Assembly: GCF_001194135.2 (NCBI RefSeq)
Contig: NC_068998.1
Location: 12,409,525 to 12,473,524, forward strand
Origin: Octopus bimaculoides
Taxonomy: Eukaryota
DNA: 64,000 bases
Reading direction: 5' to 3'
Positions 1 to 13,876 of this stretch are shown here, in pieces. Both the position numbers and the translations under genes were made by a program. Within the stretch, counting starts at the first letter, position 1. Each line of letters starts with the position of its first letter. Under the pieces are notes generated by a model. It saw only the letters and a list, made by a program, of their open reading frames with translations. It was not told the DNA's origin and did no database searches.

Positions 1-435
1 AACTAGTCGCTTGTTTAGTACAAAATTGAACAGAGAGAAATGAGAGAACATCTTGTTTCTTCTAACCATATTGAAGAAGTCCTTGCCTACATTTATTGGA
101 CAAGATATTGTAATTATTTTTATTATGTGAATAACATTCCCGTAATTTGAGAACTACGCTTTTTCCTCTCTCCTATAATTCAAGTTCAGCTCCTCTTTGA
201 TCTTGCCGTATTTATACATATCCTGTTATTCCAGTAAAAACAGTCATAGTATTGGAAATGTATTTTGGGTATTGACTAATGTACACTCGCTCTTCTGCAT
301 ATTCATTTCGGTTTCTAATGCGTATTGAGTTGTCCTTGAACGATTTTAGTATTGCTACTTCAGTTTCTCTGTGGAAGTGGTCGCTTTTGACGCTTCTCAT
401 CGTGTAGCCTAGCCGTTTTTGAGAGTTGGCGAGAA

Positions 436-489
<54 letters not shown>

Positions 490-839
490 CGACTCCTTGT
501 ATTTCACTGATCGACCTCGTAAGAATAAAAAAGTATTGCCGGTTTTGGTAGAGTTTGAATCCGTAGCACAGAGAGCCGGAACAAATATCGCAACGAATGT
601 TATCAAATAGTGTAAGGATTTTGCCTCTTCACCGCCATGCACTTGTACATAAACGACAACTTTGTGCTGTGTTTCTTTAATTTCAATTCTAATTTTATTT
701 TTATCCATTTCATTTATTTTTTACTCCATTGATATCAAGCGTAATATTTGTTGTGCGTGGTTGTTTGGAAACGATCACATTAGTTCAGTTTGTTTTAAGT
801 TCGAGGCAAATATAATATTCTTTTCTACTTCAGGTACAC

Positions 840-1091
840 GTGAAAATATCTGACATTACAATAGAGAAATGTTATTGTTTCACTTTTGACACGTAATAAT
901 GCAATAGTGGAGATGTGATATTGCACTGGGCTCGCACTAGGCAAGAAGTTAAAAAGTTCTTTGGCCTAAAACACTACATGGACCCTAAGTAAGGCATGTG
1001 TAAAATTTGAATGAAATTGGTTGTGTAATTCTCAAGATTTAGGGATTCACACAGACAGACAGACACACATTCTCATTTTTATATATATAGA
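840..1091 (-). mobile_element. 5' fragment of a non-autonomous Helitron-like element
   Basis: Shares about 250 bp with 12605-12867, including the TCTATATATATAAAAATGAGAATG terminus and (CTGT)n tract on minus. Confidence 0.7.
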
Positions 1092-1271
1092 TATATATGT
1101 TATGTATNNNNNNNNNNNNNNNNNNNNNNNNNNNNNNNNNNNNNNNNNNNNNNNNNNNNNNNNNNNNNNNNNNNNNNNNNNNNNNNNNNNNNNNNNNNNN
1201 NNNNNNNNNNNNNNNNNNNNNNNNNNNNNNNNACATCTGCACAAAGGTATATATATATAGATGTATATTTA

Positions 1272-1410
1272 TACATATACATATATATATAGAGGAGAAA
1301 TACCTAGCCAAAGATAAACCTCTGAACCTGACTTTCGTTGACATGAAGAAAGCCTTTGACAGGGTCCCCCGATCCCTTACCTGGTGGTCAATGAGGAAAC
1401 TAGGGATAGA
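1272..1410 (+). mobile_element. RTE-clade LINE reverse transcriptase fragment
   Basis: EKYLAKDKPLNLTFVDMKKAFDRVPRSLTWWSMRKLGIE (FVDxxKAFDRVP motif). Confidence 0.85.
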
Positions 1411-3040
1411 ACTATCTTTTAGGAACTAAAAGATAGCACCACGAATTATGATATCAAGTGTGCAATATTGACCAGTGCGTTACCTTGTGATATAGAAAAG
1501 CTTAGACGTGACCTTTATCTCGAAGAATCACTATTTATTCACGTCAGAGTCTAATGCATCGGACAAACGACATTAACTAGTCTTAACATGTAAGCATTTA
1601 TTTATGAAAACCTTCAAATGATTCTCATGAAAATAAGTTGCAACAACTGGAGATGGTAACTTCAGTTTGCCTTCCAGGTTCAGTTTTTTTAGTGCTAATA
1701 GCATATTTAATTATTTAATAATTTTTAATCATGAGAGTTTCTCTGCTCATTTTTTCTACTTATTTATCTACAAGGAGATATTGAACTTCAATTCCCTTTT
1801 TTCTTCTCACTCTTTTATTCTATTTTTGTTTTACATCAATTTCCTCTACTATATTCTTTTAGGCACTATTTTTCTTGTCATCTTCCTGTCACTATAGTAT
1901 ATCAATTTATAGTTTCTTTATGACCTCTGCTTAATAGTTTTACGACCTTTATTATTTACCTAAAACCGATTATCTTGATATATAGTGAATAGCTATTTGT
2001 TATTTCTGCTTAGATAATTGGGGAGTCTTCAATCTGTCAATTATTTTGTATAACTTACATCTACTTCTCCTCTACTAACATTTAAAAATCTAGTAGTAAA
2101 CTTCAATACACTGTCCCTGCTATCTGTGGTAGCACTAAACGAGGTAGTAAGGTATCAGATTTTAAATCGTATCAACTATTTATATTTTTGCTGCTACTAC
2201 TATTCAACTTCTCTATTGTTCTCTATTTTGCAATGGGTAGGTAATGGACTGATGGATGAATACAATTGAACTATGGAACCAAATCTTTCCAATACTTATC
2301 AGAAACATTTGTAAGCTTTCAGTAGATTTGAATTTCGTCTTACTTGTACAGCGTTATTGCACATCAGTAAATAAATTGAATATTTGTATATACTTCTAGC
2401 TTGTAACTCGACTTTGTTTCGGAAGCGGAGTGAGTATGTGGCAAAGATGAGCAGAAACACTGCATATATGCATATATATATGTATATATATGTATATNNN
2501 NNNNNNNNNNNNNNNNNNNNNNNNNNNNNNNNNNNNNNNNNNNNNNNNNNNNNNNNNNNNNNNNNNNNNNNNNNNNNNNNNNNNNNNNNNNNNNNNNNNN
2601 NNNNNNNNNNNNNNNNNNNNNNNNNNNNNNNNNNNNNNNNNNNNNNNNNNNNNNNNNNNNNNNNNNNNNNNNNNNNNNNNNNNNNNNNNNNNNNNNNNNN
2701 NNNNNNNNNNNNNNNNNNNNNNNNNNNNNNNNNNNNNNNNNNNNNNNNNNNNNNNNNNNNNNNNNNNNNNNNNNNNNNNNNNNNNNNNNNNNNNNNNNNN
2801 NNNNNNNNNNNNNNNNNNNNNNNNNNNNNNNNNNNNNNNNNNNNNNNNNNNNNNNNNNNNNNNNNNNNNNNNNNNNNNNNNNNNNNNNNNNNNNNNNNNN
2901 NNNNNNNNNNNNNNNNNNNNNNNNNNNNNNNNNNNNNNNNNNNNNNNNNNNNNNNNNNNNNNNNNNNNNNNNNNNNNNNNNNNNNNNNNNNNNNNNNNNN
3001 NNNNNNNNNNNNNNNNNNNNNNTGTGTGTGTGTGTGTGTA

Positions 3041-3624
3041 TGTGTGGTCTGATCAATAAGTATCCGGACCGTTGCCATAGTAACGAAGCTAAAGCACGCA
3101 GAGTAAAGATCAAGGAGATCTTGTGCAAACTGAAACCCGAGTGTCTTTTTGGTCAGCTGAAAGCAGATTTGGCACAAACTTGGCAGACACGTGTCTTATA
3201 TCCAAAATTTCAGTGATAATGGACTTAACTGAACCGTAACTAATCTGCTCACCCTCGGATAACTCTTAGATAGTGATTCGACGATTTTCTCCTCACAGCT
3301 GCGATTATGTTCTCAGTTTTGTTGGTTGCAGGTCTCTCAGGACATATTTCCGGCCATCTTGGAAACATCTGAACCACTCGTACATTTGCGTGCGGCTCAT
3401 ACGCTATTCTCCATGCACTTTCTGCAACTTTGCGTAGGCCTCTGCGTAGGCATCACCATGACAACTTTCTCTGTCATTGTCAATGCGATGATCACACGTT
3501 ACACACATTACTTCAAAGCACTGCTGTAGACAGCGGAAGTGAGCTAGAACGTTAAAACTTAGAGTACATGCACAGCAGAAGTCGAGATCAATCTGCGCCA
3601 AGCGGCTTTGATCAGATCTCGTAT
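3041..3624 (-). mobile_element. Internally deleted mariner element with both TIRs
   Basis: Ends ..GGTCTGATCAATAAG and TTTGATCAGATCTCGTA are inverted. The minus strand encodes frameshifted N-terminal HTH remnants (AEAYAKLQKVHGE; FQLTKKTLGFQFAQDLLD). Confidence 0.8.
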
Positions 3625-3760
3625 ACAGTTATATATANNNNNNNNNNNNNNNNNNNNNNNNNNNNNNNNNNNNNNNNNNNNNNNNNNNNNNNNNNNNNNN
3701 NNNNNNNNNNNNNNNNNNNNNNNNNNNNNNNNNNNNNNNNNNNNNNNNNNNNNNNNNNNN

Positions 3761-3804
<44 letters not shown>

Positions 3805-4779
3805 TCACACACATATACGCACATATATACACGTTTCTAAGTGTGTATATATGCACATATATGCATGTATACACACATACACATATAAGCAGTCATATGT
3901 ATGTTATTATGTATGTATGTATGTATGTATGTGTAAGTGATGATTTAAATGGCATACAACTGTGTTCACAAAATATTCAGTTGCTGAGATTGATATGTCG
4001 GCTGACAATTATTTCCCGTTTTCTTACTCATCAAGGTCGCTTACTACACTTTGATGTTAAGAAAAATAAATATTTTTTTTTAACGAAAACTATAAACAAA
4101 CTATTATTCGCATAAAATCATTTGGTAGGTACACAGTTTACGGGTAAGATTCATTAACAAAATGTATGGAAACGGTATTGTTTTGAATAAAAGTGTTTGG
4201 AATTCATATACAATATGTTTAGTTAATATATACCTAATATCTCGCTGTGAAAATATAGAAAAATATGTGAACATTTCATAGAATGTTTGGTAGCTGACAG
4301 TGAGCGATCGCCTGACAGTTATTTAATCTTCCATGAACACGCACACACGCGCACACACACACACACACACATACACACACACATATATTATCAGGGTCGC
4401 TTACTTCGCAAACACCGATATCTACAAGAGATATGTGCCTTCTCGTAAAAAAATAATAACCGAGCTGCTACTCGCGTAAGGTCAACGACCTGGCCCAGGG
4501 TTTGATGCTCGACATTTATCTACATGCCAGCAGAGCTGTATTTGAAATAAAGGTGTATATGTTAATCATAAATAATAACTGTAATAAGCATAAATTCCTC
4601 GTGAAAAGATAAGCTGATTTAATCACACAATATAAATCTACAGACACTTGTATCATCTTTTTTCAAGACTCAACAAAGTGGGTGACCTCATCTTCCAACT
4701 ACCGTAGTCACAAAGTACACGGCGTTTTCCTATGAAAAGCGAAGCGATAACACATATTGAGGCTGTAAAGTCATTTATA

Positions 4780-6320
4780 TTTTAGAAGGTTGACGGCCGA
4801 GGTTTATTGATACAAGCAGCAACACGTCGTTATCATTGTATTTGTAAAGCATATATTGTATATTTGATAAAAATATATTCAATCTCGATGTCAAAATACA
4901 GTTTATTATTGAATCACAAGATTTCAGTACGAGGAGAAAAAAATCTTTAAAAATCTTCATGGTGAAGGACATCTCTCTGCTACATTCTGTTTTGAATCCA
5001 GAGAATGGCTCCGATGATGATTCCATCAAATGTTATTGTCCCCTGTCTGACGTCGTGGAAAGAAGTGAAGACGTCCAACAGCTTTGGTGCTCATCCAATT
5101 TCTTCACGAGTGTGAAGACGTCTCTTGAATTCACTGAGTTTATAACCCTAGCCAGGTCAAAAACTCAAACACTACAAAGGGCTATGTTTGCACCCAACGT
5201 TTTTTTTTTGTATAGCTGCCCGTGTGTGTGTGGAGCATGACCTTTAATAACACAAAGACACATGTAGACTCATACAGAAAATACCTGTCGCCTCTGTAGA
5301 GCTATTCGAGCAAATATTTTATTGATAATTTTCAGCAAGAAATATATCTGTGATATTTGCAGCCATTGCCGTCTATTTTTCTTGAAGTATCATAACATTT
5401 TAATGTAATATGTCCGACGGGACTGCTCAAGTCCTCTCAGCACTAGCGAAGTATGCACGAGAAGATGAGTTAATGTCACTGATCTGCCACACTGTAGTAC
5501 TTTTGTGAGACGCTATCTGCTTGGTCCCCTGAACAAATGAGTTGATGGCCTCGCTGAGACCACCCACCGTTGCTGAAAGGTTATGTTCTTTTCAGACAGA
5601 CAGGGAGGAAGATACTAGCAATAGCAGACTTAGTGACTACACTCTGTGAAGTACATTTGTTAGTAGAGCTGGACCCACTATAGTAAAACCATGCCTTTCT
5701 TGAACACCAGCTGAGCAATCTTGTTGGCAATGATCTTAGAGCATTTTTTTCATTTCTCCGTATACGTTTTACGCAGAGCAGTTATCTGCGCAAGACAGGA
5801 TATCTTGATAAACTTTGTTGGATTTTTTTCCTTGATTTTAGTCGAACCCTGGAACACAATACAGTTTGAGTTGCAGTCGGCATGGTAAATGTTAGAAGCA
5901 CACCGTTGAAAGGAATGCGAAGCAATGCACTTAGCATCAATTTGGCTGCAGGGGTTTCTGCTATACATTGTGCAACCACCTTAGGGATGATTCTCTGAAT
6001 TTATTCTCTGAATTTGCTCCCCTCGTCTGGTTGCCGACCACAATGAACCAGATCATCTCAATTTTATCGCTGAATGCTTACACGCGCCAAGACGTAACCG
6101 GTTCAGTTGGAACAGATGTAAAATACGAAGGCAAGATGAACGAAAACCACGTGGGACAGCTGAAACTCGGCTCCTGCCACAATCTAAGACTTACATCTAC
6201 TTTAAGAGAAAAGCTTGTTAGGATGTCACTTGCAGACCCTTAGAGTCTGGAAACTAGCATCAGGCAGATATGACTATTACTAGGAGATCCGTTTTCAACG
6301 ATGTATTTCAGTAAAGCAGT
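4780..6320 (-). mobile_element. Degenerate RTE-clade LINE (endonuclease plus RT)
   Basis: Frameshifted motifs DLARVINSVNSRDVF, PKLLDVFTSFHDVRQGTITFDG/SSSEPF, IYHADCNSN, matching the RTE ORF (DLTKAFD..., CPPKLL..SFH...DGSSSEPF, HSADCDTDH). Confidence 0.8.
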
Positions 6321-7269
6321 CGTGGGATGTGACTGCATATCAAGTAAGACTGACAATATCCGCAAACATGTGGAAAGAGAGAGATTGATTATAATGAATC
6401 ACTTCCATGTATGGACTAGAACGCTGTCTTTCTACACATTTATATATTCATACATTGTCAACTTCAATCTCTCCCTCCCTTTCTCTTTTCCCTTCTCTCA
6501 CTCTCTCTCNNNNNNNNNNNNNNNNNNNNNNNNNNNNNNNNNNNNNNNNNNNNNNNNNNNNNNNNNNNNNNNNNNNNNNNNNNNNNNNNNNNNNNNNNNN
6601 NNNNNNNNNNNNNNNNNNNNNNNNNNNNNNNNNNNNNNNNNNNNNNNNNNNNNNNNNNNNNNNNNNNNNNNNNNNNNNNNNNNNNNNNNNNNNNNNNNNN
6701 NNNNNNNNNNNNNNNNNNNNNNNNNNNNNNNNNNNNNNNNNNNNNNNNNNNNNNNNNNNNNNNNNNNNNNNNNNNNNNNNNNNNNNNNNNNNNNNNNNNN
6801 NNNNNNNNNNNNNNNNNNNNNNNNNNNNNNNNNNCGTCAACACATGAAAGACGTAATCTAAAAAAACAAAGCAAAAACAACTGAAACATTTCATGATTTT
6901 ATAACAATTCCCATGCGAAATCCATTGCACTTCCCACATAATTTCCGTGATACGTAGGTGTTTCTGAGTTGATTCTGACTGGTTGTGTGTTGAGATTCTT
7001 CCGTTTGAGAGGTTTTAGACATTATTTCTGTCTTCAAACGTTGTTTCTATTTGTAAAGAAAACAGGCCGACAATTTGTGTGCGTGTGTGTTTGTGCGTAT
7101 TCTCTATTCTTTGTGATTCAGAAAAAAAAAAAAAACATCTGTTTACAGCTGTTCTCTTGTCTTCAGAAAGAAAAACAGGGTTTTTCCTTTTCTTTTGTTT
7201 CCGGAGAATTGTCGATTTCTTTAGATTATCATCTCTTCTCATTGAGACACAGTTGCAATTGCTGCTAGG

Positions 7270-7560
7270 GTTTTTGTCTATCTGGCAGTGAAAGCGTGCA
7301 TGAGTGATCGAGTTTGTAGTTGTTAGTGTGAATGCGAAAGCCGAGGAGCAGGCAGTTGAGTAGATTGATGCAGTGGATGATAGAGTGGCGCAGGTGGCGG
7401 TGCGAATTTGGGAGTGTTGGTTCGCATTGAAGGATCGGGATGATTTGGGTTCTGTGGGGAAGGTGAAGTAGGATATGGGTTGGGCGGCGCATTGATGGAT
7501 GCCACTAGAAAAAATGGTGGGTGGGAAGTAGAGACAATGATTGAAGAATGTTACATGACA
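7270..7560 (-). mobile_element. Probable LINE RT C-terminal fossil
   Basis: RRPTHILLHLPHRTQIIPILQ... resembles the post-RT region of I/Jockey-group LINEs; clade uncertain. Confidence 0.35.
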
Positions 7561-7639
7561 GAAGTTACTGGTTATTTTAAACAGGTGTTGAAAGAGTACT
7601 CACCTAACTCTCAGGGGTTATATACAGTGAGCTTTGTGA

Positions 7640-8460
7640 ACGCGTAACAGCGTCTCCCGTTACTAAGAAAGGCAACATGTCTGATGCAGCCAACTATTCT
7701 TCTATTGCACTCACTTCTAATATTTTAAAGACTATGGAGAAATCTAACAGCCCGAATTGCTCACTCTCTCTCTTCATTTCTCTCTCTCTTACACTCTCTC
7801 CCCTCAATGACCAGCGTATAGTAGAGCTTCTATAGAACCAGAACCACTGGAGACCTATTCTTTTATGTCATTCGCCGCCAGTGGGATCTCGGTGAAAGCA
7901 ATGTTGTTGCTGTAACCACAAGTAAATATTTCGAATGTATTTGGTACGCGAATCTCGGATCGAAACTACCTGCCTATGCGATCATTCCAGCTCTCTTCTT
8001 TTGAATTGGTTGTCTCTTATCAGATCGCTTTATCGAAACGTGCGTCGATGAAGTTCTTTTTGTTCAACTATTAAACAACTTTTGTGAGTTTTGAGATTTG
8101 TCTTATCCCCTGCAGTCTTCCTTCTATACATCAGGGATCTGATTGCCGTCACTTCCAGCAACGCCCAGTCTTACACATATGATACGACACTTCATTTCTC
8201 CCTAACCTTTCCTGGTCCCACATCATCCACGCAAACTAGGTACCGGATACAAAACTTACCCTGATTCCATGAATGAAGACTTCGATAGCACTATCCATTG
8301 TGCTATGCCATTCTTTTGTCTTTTAACAGGAAAAACAAAGCTACATGTACTAAACACATCAAGAAAACACCGTTGCAACACAATCCCACAAAATATGAGC
8401 AGCACACAACTGTAGGTCTCAGTTGCACCAAAATGGCTCAAATTAACATCTGTTTAGGAT
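7640..8460 (+). mobile_element. CR1/L2-group LINE RT fossil
   Basis: PVTKKGNMSDAANYSSIALTSNILKTMEK, then decayed RT motifs (LSPAVFLLYIRDL; SYTYDTTLH corresponding to YADD). Confidence 0.8.
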
Positions 8461-9213
8461 ACAATTTGATTGGCAGAGGATGATCACGTGATTAAGCTTT
8501 GATTATCGTCTGTCAATCACATTGTATCCTAAACAGATACTAATTGGAGACGTATTTCTCTCTATAAAAACAAGAGGATATTTGAACTGCAGCCAGAAGC
8601 AAGACAGTTGCAGCATAGACCACATCTTTCTATCTCACCTTTTGAAATATAGAAAAGAAGTGAAATCGGTCAAGGCTTTAAAAATACACCATCTAAAAGA
8701 CTTCCAGTGCATTTTCAATTTCTTTTTTCTATATTTCTATACATGTAGTGTAAAANNNNNNNNNNNNNNNNNNNNNNNNNNNNNNNNNNNNNNNNNNNNN
8801 NNNNNNNNNNNNNNNNNNNNNNNNNNNNNNNNNNNNNNNNNNNNNNNNNNNNNNNNNNNNNNNNNNNNNNNNNNNNNNNNNNNNNNNNNNNNNNNNNNNN
8901 NNNNNNNNNNNNNNNNNNNNNNNNNNNNNNNNNNNNNNNNNNNNNNNNNNNNNNNNNNNNNNNNNNNNNNNNNNNNNNNNNNNNNNNNNNNNNNNNNNNN
9001 NNNNNNNNNNNNNNNNNNNNNNNNNNNNNNNNNNNNNNNNNNNNNNNNNNNNNNNNNNNNNNNNNNNNNNNNNNNNNNNNNNNNNNNNNNNTATATATAT
9101 ATACATATATATATACATATATATATGTATGTATGATGTATGTATATATGTATATGTGTGTATATATATATACATGTATGTATATATATATATGTGTGTA
9201 TGTATGTATGTAT

Positions 9214-9628
9214 AGGCGCGGGCGTGGCTGTCTGGCAAGAAGCTTGCTTCCAAACCACATGGTTCTGGGATCAGTCCCACTGAGTGGCACCTTGGGCAAG
9301 TGTCTTCTACTATAGCCTCGGGCCGACCAAAGCCTTGTGAGTGGAATTGGTAGACGGAAACTGAAAGAAGCCCGTCGTATATATGTATATATATTTGTGT
9401 GTGTGTGTGTGTGTGCGTGTGTGTGTGTGTGTGTGTGTTCCCCCCCCACACACACACCATCGTTTGACATTTGATGTTGGTGTATTTATGTCCCCGTAGC
9501 CTAGCGGTTCGGCAAAAGAATTCGATAGAATAAATACTAGGTTTACAAAGAATATGTTTTGGGGCCGATTTCTTCTACTAAAACCTCTTAAGGCGGTGCT
9601 TCAGCGTGGCCGCAGTCAAATGACTGAG
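9214..9628 (+). mobile_element. tRNA-derived SINE family B (CORE-like middle, internal (GT)n), full length
   Basis: GGCGTGGCTG..GGTTC..GGCACCTTGGGCAAGTGTCTTCTACTATAGCC...CCGCAGTCAAATGACTGA. Other copies: 11545-11690(-), 15400-15570(-), 17830-18190(+), 22490-22655(-), 32500-32545(+), 41300-41670(-), 53140-53230(-). Confidence 0.9.
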
Positions 9629-9655
9629 TCTGTCTGTCCATCCATCCATCCATCC

Positions 9656-9704
<49 letters not shown>

Positions 9705-9720
9705 NNNNNNNNNNCCATCC

Positions 9721-9791
<71 letters not shown>

Positions 9792-9962
9792 ATATTATGT
9801 ATATATCATATTTTTTGCCATTGTTACTTCTTAAAATATATGAACAGGCATAAAATCGTGGGAAAATCCAGTTTGAAAACTATTTGGATCCGGGTAACCG
9901 AATTAAGCTATTCCTAATTCATTTTCAGAAATGAATACTTTTTCTTTTATACTCATTGCCAT

Positions 9963-10007
<45 letters not shown>

Positions 10008-10626
10008 TACACATCCTCTCTCTTATGAATAGATCTTAACTGAGGATATGTGTTTGCGCATGTNNNNNNNNNNNNNNNNNNNNNNNNNNNNNNNNNNNNN
10101 NNNNNNNNNNNNNNNNNNNNNNNNNNNNNNNNNNNNNNNNNNNNNNNNNNNNNNNNNNNNNNNNNNNNNNNNNNNNNNNNNNNNNNNNNNNNNNNNNNNN
10201 NNNNNNNNNNNNNNNNNNNNNNNNNNNNNNNNNNNNNNNNNNNNNNNNNNNNNNNNNNNNNNNNNNNNNNNNNNNNNNNNNNNNNNNNNNNNNNNNNNNN
10301 NNNNNNNNNNNNNNNNNNNNNNNNNNNNNNNNNNNNNNNNNNNNNNNNNNNNNNNNNNNNNNNNNNNNNNNNNNNNNNNNNNNNNNNNNNNNNNNNNNNN
10401 NNNNNNNNNNNNNNNNNNNNNNNNNNNNNNNNNNNNNNNNNNNNNNNNNNNNNNNNNNNNNNNNNNNNNNNNNNNNNNNNNNNNNNNNNNNNNNNNNNNN
10501 NNNNNNNNNNNNNNNNNNNNNNNNNNNNNNNNNNNNNNNNNNNNNNNNNNNNNNNNNNNNNNNNNNNNNNNNNNNNNNNNNNNNNNNNNNNNNNNNNNNN
10601 NNNNNNNNNNNNNNNNNNNNNNNNNN

Positions 10627-10664
<38 letters not shown>

Positions 10665-11029
10665 GTGTGCGTGTGCGTGCGTGTATGTATATGCTGAGAG
10701 GAGAAGATGGAGAAGAAAAACGAGAATGAGAGAGAGATTGACAAATCTGAACTATGCATAAATGCATAATTTTATGTATGTGAAATTACAATTTGAGCAA
10801 ATTTGCATAACTCACTGGAGTAACTCTCAATAAAAAGCTAGCTCTCTCACTTGTCGCAAATGAAATATACACATTAATTGTTTATAAAGTTTTTTTTTTT
10901 CTTGTAATCTTTGCTGAAAGGAATTACTGTTGAATCTAGTTATATCCGATGGAATGTTGGCATTCAGTTAAAATATTTTTAAATGGCAACAGTTGTATGT
11001 TTTCACAGCTTTGTTCTTCTATAGGATCT

Positions 11030-11370
11030 TGCGGGGAACACTAGACAAGTGACAAACAAATATTCAAGACTTTTTCTGCCAGTGTTTCATTTGGAGAAAC
11101 ACAATATGAAATTAAGTATATTGCCTTCTCAGAGAAGTTTTCTTCAAATGGCCGGTCTCATTCTTCATTGGTGATTCGATTACCCACAAGAGGAGTAAAC
11201 ACTTTAATGAAAAGTCAGTCAGAATAAATGAATTTCTTCCAGATCTGGCCTTTGTCATGGAGAAAGAGATTGAATTTAGATATTCTAGTAGAATAAAACG
11301 AATGGGCAGCAAACTATCAGAATGGGTAATTAAGACCTTTCAATGTGTGAAAATCTTTGGAAAAGCAGGA
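11030..11370 (+). mobile_element. Possible hAT (Charlie/SPIN-like) transposase fossil
   Basis: Fragments QIFKTF..GETQY, EFLPDLAFVME and IKTFQ loosely resemble hAT transposase segments; multiple stops and frameshifts. Confidence 0.3.
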
Positions 11371-11717
11371 TTTATATTTCACTAAGAAAAAGCCAACAGA
11401 AGAGCTAAATGAATTATACCACTATGTCACGAAGATGAAAATATTAAATGAAGAAAATGTCAAATGATGTGTACTTGCAAGTTTTCCTCTAGAATTATTG
11501 CGATATACCTTAGCCTAGATGATGATGTTGATGATGATGATATATGGAGTTTCTGTCTGTCAAATCAACTCACAAGACTTTGGTCGGCCCGAGGCTATAG
11601 TAAAAGGCACTTGTCCAAGGTGCCACGCAGTGGGACTGAACCCTGTACAATGTGGTTGGTAAGCAAGCTTCGTACCACACAACTACAAATGCTTAAAAAC
11701 TTAAACTTTATAGACTA

Positions 11718-12802
11718 CTAGCAGAAATACCCGGCTTTGCCCGGGTTAAAGAGAATAATGAAATCTAAAAACGCCGTCTAGACTACGCAACCCTCAATTG
11801 TTAGTAGCTACGATACCATATTTCTACATTAATAACTCTCCAATCCATGCCAGCATGGAACATAGACATTAAGTGAAATGCCAGTCTCTCATCTAGGAAG
11901 GCATTGAAATCAATGTTACCAACTGGGGACTATGTGTGTCGCAGTGATAATAAAAAGACTCAAAGGAGGTCTGCAACGAAATAATTTTACTCAACACTTT
12001 GCAAGTGAATCAGTGGAGGCAAAGATGCGTCTCATTTACTTGACAATTCATNNNNNNNNNNNNNNNNNNNNNNNNNNNNNNNNNNNNNNNNNNNNNNNNN
12101 NNNNNNNNNNNNNNNNNNNNNNNNNNNNNNNNNNNNNNNNNNNNNNNNNNNNNNNNNNNNNNNNNNNNNNNNNNNNNNNNNNNNNNNNNNNNNNNNNNNN
12201 NNNNNNNNNNNNNNNNNNNNNNNNNNNNNNNNNNNNNNNNNNNNNNNNNNNNNNNNNNNNNNNNNNNNNNNNNNNNNNNNNNNNNNNNNNNNNNNNNNNN
12301 NNNNNNNNNNNNNNNNNNNNNNNNNNNNNNNNNNNNNNNNNNNNNNNNNNNNNNNNNNNNNNNNNNNNNNNNNNNNNNNNNNNNNNNNNNNNNNNNNNNN
12401 NNNNNNNNNNNNNNNNNNNNNNNNNNNNNNNNNNNNNNNNNNNNNNNNNNNNNNNNNNNNNNNNNNNNNNNNNNNNNNNNNNNNNNNNNNNNNNNNNNNN
12501 NNNNNNNNNNNNNNNNNNNNNNNNNNNNNNNNNNNNNNNNNNNNNGTCATTACAGTATCGAAATGTGATTGTTTCAGTTAGTGGAATAGTTTCATTTTTA
12601 AAGTGAAAGTATTTGACATGAGTGTTTTTGTTTCACTTTTGACACGTAATACTTAAATAGTGGAGGAGATATTATGTTGCCGTGGGCTCGAACTCTGCAA
12701 GAAGTTAAAACATTTTTTTTACTAAAACACAACTGGAACCCTAAGTAAGGCATCTGTAAAATTTGAATGAAATTGGTTGCGTAGTTCTCGAGTTTTAGGG
12801 AT

Positions 12803-12833
<31 letters not shown>

Positions 12834-12867
12834 GACAGACACACATTCTCATTTTTATATATATAGA
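11718..12867 (-). mobile_element. Non-autonomous Helitron with both termini
   Basis: Minus strand begins A|TC at 12867 and ends CTAG|T at 11718. Subterminal hairpin ACCCGG/CCGGGT at 11729-11746. Interior partly gap. Confidence 0.8.
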
Positions 12868-13876
12868 TAAAGGCTACTTCTTAGAGCGCGGAATGTTTTT
12901 TTACGACACTGGTAACAAACAAACAAACAACAACAACAATAGCAACACTAACAATACCTACAAATCTATAAGCTAAGGCGACATAAGTATTCTCCTTATT
13001 TTATCTGATTATTATACTTAAATTAAGAGTTATTCCAGTGCATCAAAATGCTTGTGGTAAAACTTCTATCAGTTATTGAAGCGGTTAATTAATTAATGGG
13101 ACGAAATCCATTTAAACCACATCTAAACAGCTTTTACATCAAGTCTCTTTCATTGTCCAATAAATGGCTGTCACAGAGAGCCACTGATATTCCAGCACTT
13201 GTGATGTCAGCCGATTTTCAAAGGACATCAAAACCAACCCAAAGCTGCCATAAAAGAGAGCAATATAAATGCAAACAAACCGCTGGTATCATCATCGCCA
13301 TCATCTTCATAACGCACCACTTCTGTATCTTAGAATGAAACTAACCTGAACGAGATGATTGTAGAATATATATAATGGTTAAAACAATTTAAAAGCGCAG
13401 TCGGAGAATATTTGTTTCCAATTTCTCTAAGCTCTCATTAGATAACAGACTGTTTTGGTGAGAGTAAAAGATAAAGCAACCATTCTCATGTTAAACGTTA
13501 TTAATGATGTCACAAGACACTAAGTGCAATATGTAATCACAAATATTGAACACCCTCTTGTATTACAGCTGCTTTAATTCTAAATAAAATGACCTAAAGA
13601 AATAACTGTACTGTAATAATTCTTTCTATTGTAGGCACAAAACCTGAAACCCTCGTGGGGAAGGAGCTAGTCGATTTCATCAAACCCGGTGCCCACTTGT
13701 TAACTCTTGTTCTTCGAACCCACGAGAGTTAACAAGTGGGACAGAGACAGGCAGAAGCAAGAAAAATGCCGCTGTTACTTGAATACTATACAAATATGTT
13801 TTTAAAAAGACTTTTCTTTTAAATTTACCAAAATTCAATTTTTTAATAATTTTTCAAAAATCTATTATTCATATTT

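Noticed and set aside
212-400. 62-aa minus-strand ORF MRSVKSDH..
   Set aside because: No recognisable motif or splice context; could be chance or a TE fossil.
2299-3177. Long ORFs spanning N-runs (also 6301, 8522, 9962, 11932, 14749, 23061, 36818, 46276, 61394)
   Set aside because: Length comes from Ns and dinucleotide repeats.
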